Shown: one piece after another, positions 11,579 through 22,000 of the stretch
How the letters are laid out: each line of letters starts with the position of its first letter
Numbering within the stretch: the first letter of the stretch is position 1
NCBI GenBank assembly: GCA_002633005.1
Contig: NMRA01000055.1
Coordinates: forward strand, 540,458-604,457
Source: Phoronis australis
Taxonomy: Eukaryota; Animalia; Phoronida
DNA length: 64,000 bases
Direction of reading: 5' to 3'
Position numbers and translations under genes: made by a program
The notes under the pieces: model-generated
Seen by the model: only the letters and a program-made list of their open reading frames with translations
What the model was told of the DNA's origin: nothing
Databases searched by the model: none

Positions 11579-11776
11579 AATCAAATGCTGTTTTGTGATA
11601 GGCCGGGTACACCACCCGGGTCTACAAGGTCAATTTTACTCATGAACGGAGATAAGCCAGAAACACGAGTCCAATGACCGTCAGTGTTTTCTCAGTTCAG
11701 GTCATTCGATAAGGCCTAAAGAATTGTCCCCGTGAGGATGGATTTTCTGTGACTTTTGAAAAGCGCTACTGACATA

Positions 11777-13063
11777 ATGCTGATTGACGCTCTGTTTATT
11801 GCTTGTAACAAGCTATTCACGGTACTTCAAAATTTGCTATGGATTGTAAACGGAACGCGTGCCAAGATTGAAGAACGTAAGAATGCTAATTATGAAACTT
11901 GTGCCCACGTTCGTAGAATCGTCGGACGCAGGATGATGTTTCCTTCGTATGTCCAAGAGATCGACGTTTTCATGACTATTCACTATTCATTTACCAGTCC
12001 AACTTGCGTCCTTAAAGATGACGTGACGCTGTATAACGTCACTAGCGATGAAGCTGTATTTGTGAAGTGTCCATCAAACATAGACGTACACAGATCTGAG
12101 GTAAACGCTTTTATGTACAACGCCCAATTCCAGCACGCAACGCACATCATAGTCATACCAGTCAAACATTTTTTACGCTTAGCTTCCGAAATAGAACAAC
12201 AAGAAACGCCTCTGATATTTCTACCCAACACAGGCCGATGTGGCTCCACGATTTTGACACAGTTGTTTGAGTCCATGGACGGTGGAGTGGCAATGTCCGA
12301 GCCCACGTGGACTATGGGACTGGAATTAATGAAACGGAGGAATGAAGACATTGGGCGCCTAACGAAAGCTTGTATTAAACTTGCATGCCACTCGGAGAAA
12401 CCTCGGGCGTTTCACTGCGTGAAACTCGAAAGCGTTAGCACCGACTTGATTGAAGCAGTTGCAGAAAACATCCCTCGTGTAAAGACAGTATTTATGTACC
12501 GGAAATTTCCAATGAAAACATTCGATTCCTTTGTAAATATGTTTAGGGTTTTGTCAAGTAATACAGTTCTGGACTGGTTGCCTGGAGTAACACAGAAAAT
12601 AACCGTACATAGATGGCGAAGAAAGTTTTTGTTCTTAGAATACAACAAAACCCAGTTTGGAAGAGAGCGATTTACCTTGAAAGAACTTATCTTGGTTCAC
12701 CTTTGCTTGATCAAAAACATGTTTTGCGCCTATGTAAAAAATCACAAAGCTCTTGGATTGCGCTACGAAGATCTAATCGATAATCCACTCGCTTACTTGA
12801 CCGAAGTATGTCGCTACTGTGGCTTATCGAGCGAAAATTTGGAGAAGCAAATACAAGAAACAATGTCGAAGGATTCCCAGCAAGGCTCACATCTCGATTT
12901 CAAGAAAAGTGGTGTAGTGAAATATTCATCAAGATCCGACCAAGGGTTCGTAGCTACGCTTCACAAACTTAAGGCCAGATTCGAGTCGTTTGGTCTTGAC
13001 ATACCCTGTGACGGTGTTGAAGAATGGAACCTGCCGTTCACTTTAAAAGTTGAAGCTGACTAA
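11777..13063 (+). CDS. Intronless sulfotransferase-fold (PAPS-binding P-loop) protein, ~428 aa
   Basis: Uninterrupted ORF (first ATG 11777). 5'-PSB-like LIFLPNTGRCGSTILTQLF, MSEP, 3'-PB-like VFMYRKFPMKTFDSF and LRYEDLIDNP. Hydrophobic N-terminus may be a membrane anchor. Confidence 0.75.
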   Translation: MLIDALFIACNKLFTVLQNLLWIVNGTRAKIEERKNANYETCAHVRRIVGRRMMFPSYVQEIDVFMTIHYSFTSPTCVLKDDVTLYNVTSDEAVFVKCPSNIDVHRSEVNAFMYNAQFQHATHIIVIPVKHFLRLASEIEQQETPLIFLPNTGRCGSTILTQLFESMDGGVAMSEPTWTMGLELMKRRNEDIGRLTKACIKLACHSEKPRAFHCVKLESVSTDLIEAVAENIPRVKTVFMYRKFPMKTFDSFVNMFRVLSSNTVLDWLPGVTQKITVHRWRRKFLFLEYNKTQFGRERFTLKELILVHLCLIKNMFCAYVKNHKALGLRYEDLIDNPLAYLTEVCRYCGLSSENLEKQIQETMSKDSQQGSHLDFKKSGVVKYSSRSDQGFVATLHKLKARFESFGLDIPCDGVEEWNLPFTLKVEAD

Positions 13064-13742
13064 AAATAGGACAATCCCGGACCCAGTACACAAACTGCGA
13101 CACTCGAATCTAGCTGGTATTTACTCACACTGTAAACATCCGTCAGCCACATTTGCTGCCTCGTTTTCATGCCCGTGGAGTTTCACGTGTTATTTGTTGT
13201 TGTGTGATTCGTTACAAGTTTTTCTAGCTTCCATTACGTCCAGGCAATGCCAACGAAATATTACTATTGTGTTGTGGGCTGAAACTCCTACATGAGAAAG
13301 TTTGATAAACCGTACAAATACCCGTGGATGCGTGATCTGAAATTCTTCGCCTTCCCGGCATCAATGAGAGACACGTAAATGTGCCCCATTTCCAAAACAA
13401 GGTCAGGTTCTTTCTTATCTCCGGGACAAAGGAGATTTCTATAGCTGTGTACTTCGATCGGGACAACGCTCTTATTGTTCGGTCAACGACAGAAAAAAAT
13501 ATTAGCGTAAGAGTTGTCTCATGGTAAAATTTGATGGTGACGCAAACTCGTTTGGTCCAGCGTCGTTGAAGAGAATTTGAAGACCGTTAAAATTAAAATA
13601 TTTCATTAAGGTCATTCAACGTTTTCTATTTCGCTACGGAATACAAGTCTTATGGTGTTAATTCCGTTATTTTTCTTTTTAATATGCCACTGTCGGGAAG
13701 TTATGCTTTAGAAAAATGAAACATACAGTGTGCTATATGTTC

Positions 13743-13769
<27 letters not shown>
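13743..13769. repeat. (GT)n microsatellite
   Basis: About 13 perfect GT units. Confidence 0.95.
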
Positions 13770-13773
<4 letters not shown>

Positions 13774-14859
13774 TGTCTTAGTCAGCTATAGATCTATAGA
13801 TGTACTACTTACATAGTTACAACTGGTGATTCATGGACTCATGCTTGTAATTTTTGTAATTGCTTATTGGGTTATCTAATAAAGTGTTAAACCAAAAAAT
13901 TGCAGGCTTCACTGGCTTGCTTCATACTGTGCTGTCGACATTGAGATTTGGAGTGCGATTACACATGATCACTTGAAGCCAAACTCCATCTTGTCAGTCA
14001 GCTGTTTGCCGAATGACAGTGAGCGCATGCGCACATTTATCATTAATGGGAGGGAGATTAGAAACTCTGCAGTTACTACAGTTTTTCCTCCGCGCGTATT
14101 TAAGAATGATTCTACATAAAAACCATATGAAAATGAAAAATCACTATATACTCAAAAATTCATACAGAGCTAATATTTTGTGCACGTGTTGGGATGCTGG
14201 CCCAAAGTACACTGCTGCAATATTTGCGCTCAATGACCTTTGGTTACCGAGATATGACCTATTTGGATATAAAGGCATATTTTGCATTTTTTCATGTCAG
14301 TAAAACTGCATTTTTAACGGCAAAAAATCAGACTTGGAAAACTGGTGACAAAGTTTGACATTGACGGTCATAAAGATGCATATGAGGTTAGTAAGAAAAT
14401 GAAATTTGCAACTCATAGGTACAATTAAATTTCCAGCAGGGGAGAAAACTCCGAGACCACTTTTCAGGGCAGTCACAAGTGGCAATATGTTGCTTAACCT
14501 GCCTGCTATATCGGAATATGTTTGAAGTTGAAATTCTCTGTGTAGACACTTCTAAGCTTGAACTTGGATAATTGCTTTTAAAAAACTTGTCTTTTCTATA
14601 TTTAAGGCTAAACATGGCCCTCGAATTTGGGCATTTTTGTGATGTGGCCTTACTCTGACTGACAAGAGAATTGAGGCTACTCTTTTAGTTCAGAGATATC
14701 TCCTAAAATATATGGCCTAGTATAAACAATGCAATATCACAAAAATTTAAGTTTCACTTTTGAGTCTCCAATTTTCTGAAACACTTTATGCTTTGTTTAA
14801 CTTTACCAATAGCACTTTAGGGTTTGAGATTACATGCACTTCCTGTCACTGCAAAGAAT

Positions 14860-15225
14860 ATGGAGAAATTTCCTTCTTACATTTGGTCAATTTTCCTTAA
14901 AAAGTGTGATTGCGGAGGAAATATGGCCTTCATAAGCTGTGTTAAAGACGTTAGAAGTCATCTGAGGTCATGCAAAGTGCCACCTGAGAAGTTTGAAAGT
15001 ATATCGAAATTACACTTGATTCTTGCCAGAGCTGGACAGTTCCATGCTGTGAGAGAGGACGCTCGACTGGCAAACCTCACACACATGGACATTAGTTTGG
15101 ACTTAGCATTATACAAAAATTTACGTGCTGTTATCCAGAACACACAGCTAGAACGAAGAGGAAGATTGAACGGGGCGTTGACTTTCGCATGTCGCAATGG
15201 ATTTTTCGCCAGTTTGATTTGCTAG
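14860..15225 (+). mobile_element. Probable DNA-transposon protein N-terminal relic (possibly Sola3-like)
   Basis: SCVKDVRSHLRSCKV...LHLILARAGQF resembles N-termini recalled from cnidarian/lophotrochozoan transposases; lies in MITE-like sequence. Superfamily assignment is weak. Confidence 0.3.
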
Positions 15226-15807
15226 TCCTTGTTGTAGGCAATTACATCGCCCTGGATGCCGCAGGCATGCAGGGGCTATAGTACATCCCCACAAAAAGTT
15301 ACTAATTTCAAAATACAGGAAATAAAATCAAATGAAAAATGCATGTATTCACATGGAGTTATAAACAACTCGTGTCATAAGTCTGGAAACGATTCAGTCA
15401 AGATAATTTGAACAAATCGATGAAAATCTGTCGCGGTTTGCTCACCGAGTTTCTCTTACCGGGTGCCATTTTGAGAAAGTTATATGAAATCAAATCAAGC
15501 ATGTTGACGAATAAAAAGTCCAAGGTATACAAATCTTACAAATGTCACTTGATACTTTCTCATGCTGTTTTGCAAGTGTCACGCGCTAGTGTCACGCGCT
15601 TCGTTCAGTCTCGCACTAGCCTTTCCCGCCACTTGGTTTTGCGTTGAGTTTACCGTGCGAATCTGTTCTATTCTACTTTTGTTTTGTGCTGTTTTTCAAC
15701 AATTGTCGCCATCACTTCCCACCGGCGAGTATTCTGCGGCAAGATAGGTTAGTAGAGAACTCAACTACGTTGGATTTAGGAATTGTTTAGTGTGTTGTAA
15801 GCTGAAA

Positions 15808-16070
15808 ATGGCTGGAGTCGGTGACCCGTATCACAGTGACAGTAGTGTGAGTGACGGAGACCTTGTTCACAGCAGTGGTGACGAGGAATTTTTTCACGGA
15901 CATTCAGTGGGTGGGTACATGTTCGAGCCCGAGTATAACGAGGCAGAGTACGCACAGGCACAGGCAGCTGTTGAGAGAAACGAGGCGGCTACTGAGGGCA
16001 GACGTGGTGACACATCTTGGTGCAAATGCACTGTAGGCGTTGTTATGCCTACCTCAGTGGAATATCTGTT
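15808..16070 (+). pseudogene. KolX / P2X7-ballast-like Cys-rich protein, N-terminal part only
   Basis: Acidic N-terminus then GYMFEPEY...RRGDTSWCKCTVGVVMPTSVE, matching the PY.FEP...R.G...WC.CG.C..M.T..E..CC pattern; truncated before the CC motif. Confidence 0.7.
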
Positions 16071-16099
16071 CAGAGTTCGACGAGGCCAAGCCACTAGTG

Positions 16100-16883
16100 G
16101 ACACGGTTAAGCGGACAGAGGAACAACTGTCCCACTTGCCAGAGTGTCCCGCGACACACTCCCACTGGATGGTAACCTGAGCATCCAAACTGCTTACATG
16201 GTGTCGTGTGACTTCCTCGCCACACACCTCGCACCTTCTAAATAGCTCCAACACTTTAGACAAGTCCACAATAAACTTGTCAAAGTTTGGCTCACCGATC
16301 TGCTCACTGGACGACGAACTGTCCTCTTCACTGGATGTCGAACTGGGCCTGTAATCACTCCCACTACTCAATATTATATCGCTGCAGGGCTGCTTAGAGG
16401 CTCTGGGCTGGAGAAAACAGCACACGGCGAATCACCACTGGTTCCAGGAATGGCACGCTCTGGGGTACGTTCGGAGGCACGGGCGACAGTAGATGAAGTG
16501 CCTCCACTGGCTCCAGTCACTGTACTGGCCACAGCTCGCGAGGTTTCTCGCTTCAAAAACCCACTTCTCGGGGGTGGCGACAGCGCACTGCCGGGAATCA
16601 ACACAGACGGAAGGGCATCCTTCTTCAGGCGTTGTTTCGCAGGGATCTTCATCAGTTCAGCGTACAAATCCCTTTCGTAATCGGACGGCAGAAAATGCTT
16701 GCCACACACACGGTAATTCTCGACTGCTTTGTACGTTGCGTGGACGGGTAACGCTGCGTTCTTCACACGAACGAGCCAAGTACGGCGAAGTGTGTCATCC
16801 ATCGGAAAGCGATGCAAAGGTTCTCCCAAAGCGCGCGTGAGGCGATAATTAGTACATCCCGGTACGCAGCAACAGTGTGGCAT
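16100..16883 (-). pseudogene. THAP domain plus N-terminal zinc region of a Kolobok transposase (frameshifted, DDE domain deleted)
   Basis: MPHCCCVPGCTN...LHRFP...RRTWL...VCGKHF...LKKDALPSV is a THAP C2CH domain. A second frame gives FIVDLSKVLELFRRCEVC...WECVAGHSGKWDSC, typical of the region upstream of the Kolobok DDE. Confidence 0.8.
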
Positions 16884-19081
16884 GTTGACTAAATGAAAGC
16901 AAACGAGGACGGAACTTAACACAACCGAGGTAGAATAATGACTGACTCGGCAGCTCTCACAGTCAGACTATATGAAAAGAAATTGGCGCGAAATGCTTGC
17001 CTCCTAAAACGTCACTTCCGGAGTAGCGGACGAGTAATTAACAAAATTACAAAAAGCTGTAATTAAGTGGAAAATATGTCTAGGATAACCAACCAACCTT
17101 ATTTTAGCTCAAAGTGACATGAAAAAAGGTTGCATGTAACGAAATGCGTACAGATTGCGAATGGAAGTATTGTAGCCCCTAAATGGCCAACCGAGAGTCT
17201 ACGTGTTGCCCATCCCTGGGTCAACAGGTCATGATTTGAGGTCAGAATATTGTATTAGCTCTCGCTGACAACTTTCGACTTACTCACTGACTGCCCAGGT
17301 GCACAAACCTGATAGGCCTATCCGATTAGCGGTTAGGATGGGCTGCATGATTGGTTCTAAAGGTATTGAAACTACTGAGACATTTAAAGGAGTGATTATC
17401 TAGTTTTGAAATATGTCATGTACTGAGCAAAATAAAAGGACTTTGTGTTTCAGTAGCTCTTGTTTTCTTCAAACAAACTGCAGTTTTTCGAAGTGTTGTG
17501 TGGAAATGCATCATACACTAAACCTAGCATACCTTCAAGAAACAGTGTTTTTTGAGTCCGCCGCATGAACGGAATTTACATATTGTGAAACTTTAAGCTG
17601 GTAAGTTGCAACAACACCCAATTGCTTAAATACTGGTTTGGAAAGCCGGTAACTTGGATATCACGTACTGAAAGCATTATGTTTTCAATCGTAAATTTCC
17701 GTACCTCTTATTTTTCTGAAATTACAAATTCCATTGGCGCACTGCCACCATGCTCGGCCGCTTTTGTGTAGTACAAGAAGCATTGCGTGACCCTTTGTAT
17801 GTCCAATAACATGACACTTCTGCTAGAATCCACTTGATGTATGAACTTTGCTAATAGTTTGAGAGGACATATAAAGAGCTTTGTCCAGGAGGTCTGAAAA
17901 TGCACCAGCATGAACTGTAGGCAGTGCGTGGGATCATGATTTTTAGTCCATTACGGTGTTCGAAAACTGACCAAGCAAGGGGTAATGGGGACCCTTAATA
18001 AGAATAAAACCTGCTTCTCTGAAGTATGAGATGGTGATGGGGGTTGTATTATTAACTCATCAGTACATTAAAATTGACTTTTTGAGTTCTGTAATCCTAT
18101 AATAGATTTTTATTTTTGCACCAGTAAAACTGAAAATCCGCGAAGAAAAAATCTCTCATACAGCTTCTCATGATCTCCTTCGTCACTGATGTAGCAAAAC
18201 GAATGATATTTGTTCTATTAGGCATCATGGTCGATAGGTAATTGCACAATTGTGTAGCGCCTCCTAGGGTCTTTTTACAGTCACAGATCGGCAGAATAGC
18301 GTGTGAGTAATGTAAGAAACTGCACAAAAACTATGAAAGAGACAAGATCTTTTATTCTTGAATTGGGCTGAACAAAGACAGCAGCAACAGATGGAAGCTA
18401 ACTCATGCTCCAAAAGAATCCGATATAGATTTGGGAGAGCGATAAAAATGCGTAAAATGATCTTAATAATAAGCAGTGAAAATGATGTTTTGTAGGCTGA
18501 AATGGGAGGACATAAAAATCAATAAATCCATCCGAACTAGTTTTTCTTGTATGTTATTCTTCCTTCTTTCTGCTATATAGTTATTTTTTTCTATAGCATG
18601 AAGCCGATGATGTGTTATTGCTGACAAAAAGTCACCTACATCCCAGTACTTTTATTTGCTATTTTTCAGGAAAAGTACAAAGTGGTCGTAAAAAGGGTTA
18701 AAAACTCAGAAACTCTTAAAAATCAGGCTCAGGTTTCTTTTGACAAGGCCAGCTGATGTGCTAAGATTCAAAAAAAATCGTAATTTTGCATATATAGCCC
18801 ACCATCTGGTTTTTATATGGAATTGCTCTTAAAAAGTCTTGAATTTTGTTAATTTTCCTGGAGATTCACTCAAAGAAGAAAGTGAAAGACTCTGTAGTAC
18901 ATGTTGCGAGATGGTACTTTGGTCAGGAATTCTTTAAAATACATTTTAGACTAGCTTTCGCGTTCCACGCCTTTAACAATTTGCATTCAAAAGTTAGAAA
19001 TTTAAAATCCAGCACACTCTATACACGTAAAATAACTTCAACACGTTTATAATATGTCACTCAATCCCTTAAGCCGGTCTG

Positions 19082-22000
19082 TTACGTAAATCGGTTTGCT
19101 ATTTCCTGAGCTGTTATTAATCCAAACAGGAAGATCCCGGATGTGACGTAGACAGTGCCAACGCATATGAGCATACAGTTTGTCCATTTGCGAAGTTTTG
19201 AATTAAAGCCATTTACAACTGAGTGTATGAGGCCTAATCCTGCAACAGAGAAAAGCATTGGTCATACATTTTGTATTGATAACAACCATTAACGACATCG
19301 AGATGTTTGTAGTCTTGTTGAAACAATTTGGTTTATAAAACTATATAATTGTATGGACCCTAAAAATAATGTCCAAAATGGCTAACTTCATAGCGTCATA
19401 CCTCAGACACAGCCGATCAAATTCATATGAGTGTAACAGAGCAAGTCTCCACTGAACCTCAAAATATGTATTTTCTCTCATCAGGCATTCGTTTCAGTTC
19501 AATTTGCACATAATAACGATCAACTTTCCATGAAAGCAAAAGAAGGAAAACACCCTTCTCCTAAGCCTGTCGCTAGCGAAGTGCCCGACACATACAGTCG
19601 CGCCCACATGCCCACGTAACAAAGGCGCACTGAGACGCAACAAAGACATTAGCATAAGAATAAGTGAACATTTGCAACTAAATAAGAATAACAATAAGCG
19701 TAAAGTTACGAACGTCCCGTCACATGAGCATCACAGGATATTATTATGTTCACAAAAATAATGCCCAGATGTTCGTTTTTCCAGCCCGAGAGCGCATCTT
19801 CATTTTTGACAGTAGAGCTCTCAGGCTAAAAGGGTTTAAAAGGAAGTCTCAGGCACGCTTTTATAGCCAACGAATAAAGAACAGAATTTGAAAGTTTCAT
19901 CTACAAAATTCAGGTTTGTGGAAATTGCGGCGACCATTTCAAGATTTTTTAGAAAAAACAGGTCACACCATTACCAAACTCTGGTCATTATTTTCGTATA
20001 AAATAAGATTCTATGATGTTCAAGGATTTTAGCTTTATGGGTCCACGATTAATACTTAAAAGTTATTTAAGACAATTGATCCTTGGTAGTCAATCACCTT
20101 AATCAAGTTTGCTTGACCTATTTTATGCCCCAAACAGTTCTTCGGGGCCCATAGCCACTTCTAAAGTAGGGAACAAGCAGCGTCCTAGGCTGCGTTCCGT
20201 AGACCCAAGGCACTCGCAAAGTAGTTGCGGGAGAAATCCTAGCTCATGGAACAGAAACAGTGAATTTTATACATTTATCCAACATTTCGACCTCACCAAC
20301 CAATCATTTCAGTGACTGCCATTTTGCTTGTGAACACTTTTAAAGACTGGAGCGCATACCCCAGACGCCTTTCATTCGCATGATTTTGCGTGGTCTTGCG
20401 TTGTTTTTCGCGGATTTTTATGTCTATGGCGCATGCGTCAGACTCAGTATAGTTGACTTGACCGATTTTATGCACTGAACATGGGCTCAAGTCAGTTCTA
20501 ACTAAGCCCAAAAGTCTTTTCTAGAGCAAGGAGCAAGCTGAGAGCGGTTTCACCACTGGGTCTCCATAAAAGGTAATGTTTTGATTGACTAAAACAGGAT
20601 TAATTACCTGGGAAAACACACGAAAAGAAGAAGCTTATTCCTCCTGTGTAAGCGATGGCTGTCACAATATCTGGTATGAGAACGTAAACCAACAATATTA
20701 TTACAAACCCAGAGGCACCCATACTTGTTAGTCGCTTCCGTTGGCCGCTGATGACGTCATCGGAGCTTAATTTCCAGGCAGCTACCCAAATATCATGAAA
20801 AGCATTTCTGAAAAAGACATGTGGTAGATGCCATGACGGACGCGTACTTTTTAGAAACTGATGCTAAATAATATACCGGGCATTTGCTTACATTTACACC
20901 GACGGATTAGAAACATTGACAAAGATGAAATGGTAATGCATCCACGTTCAAGCTTAAAGCCTACGACTGATGCAGTAGACTAATCCTTATGGGAACCGTT
21001 TATTGTTTGAAATAAATCCGACTTTCCGTAGGAACGAGTGCAAAGCACCTGTTCTCAAAAGAACACGTCGTTGGCGTACTATAATATCATCTACAGTTTG
21101 GGACCAATTTCTTAACGATAAGTGGTCTGTACTAAAAGTTGTTTTTTGTGATGAAAGGTGGGTGTATAGCCGCTTTACGTACCTGATGCAGAAAAAAATG
21201 ACCGGGAAACCTGTCAGACATTTCAAGGCTAAAACAAAGTAGGCGATGTATATGTCGGATGTGGGCGCGTAAGAAAGGATAATTTCCTTGTTTACGGAGG
21301 TTCCAAACGTGAGGTATCCGAAGACTGGAATTAGTGAGTTGCAAACTGTGCAAATAAAAACCGTAGCTGAGGTTGCCCGCGCAAATCCACGAGCACTTTT
21401 TTCCTTCATTGAGGCTAAAATTGTCGGCATCTCAAAATGGCACTAGAACATAAATTTATAATATTAAAGTTAATATATTCCGAGTACCCTCCTCGGCGAG
21501 TGAACACTGATAGATAGGGTAGCTCAGAGAGGATCATTATACAACTGAGACAACAACAACGTACGTAAATAGAAGTACGATGTCAACAACAAATAAAAAC
21601 ATCATGGAAGTCATGAATCTTAAGAAGAACGATAACTCAGTGTCTCGAACAACAAAACAAACAACATTTAATGGGAGAATGCTAAATTGATACATTTCAA
21701 AACAATAGCGAAATTGGAAGATTCAATGAGGTCCTGTTTCAATCCAAGTTTACAGCGTCGAATGTTGGCTTTGAACTCGGCTACTTCGGTTGAATTTCAT
21801 AAACTGGATACATTTTTTTGTAAGAAAAAGTTCCGCGGTGTGGTCGTTGGCCTGTTCACGTCTAACTTTTAGGACAACCAGAAAAAAGGGCATGTTAAGA
21901 CCAGGAATTGTCTAGAGAAAGGGAAGCTACTTCGCCGTGTCTTAATATGATTTTTTACAATAGAAATATAGACATTGGTCCTAGTTGCAGTTCTCTGCAT

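Larger units (their letters stand above)
15271..17180. mobile_element. Internally deleted Kolobok-type DNA transposon
   Basis: Imperfect TIRs AGGGGCTATAGTACATCC (15271) and GGAAGTATTGTAGCCCCT (ending 17180), 15/18 match with AG...CT ends. Encloses convergent KolX-like and THAP-transposase ORFs. TTAA TSD is not preserved. Confidence 0.7.

Noticed and set aside
11983-12648. Minus-strand ORFs of 122 and 78 aa
   Set aside because: Antisense shadows of the sulfotransferase-like ORF with no recognisable motifs.
17182-18720. Possible piggyBac-like MITE ending AAAAGGG|TTAA near 18700
   Set aside because: No matching left TIR could be identified with confidence.
20987-21182. Read-through extension of the SLC38 exon in the ORF track
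   Set aside because: Lies past a GT donor at 21182; the next exon 20608-20807 restores family homology.
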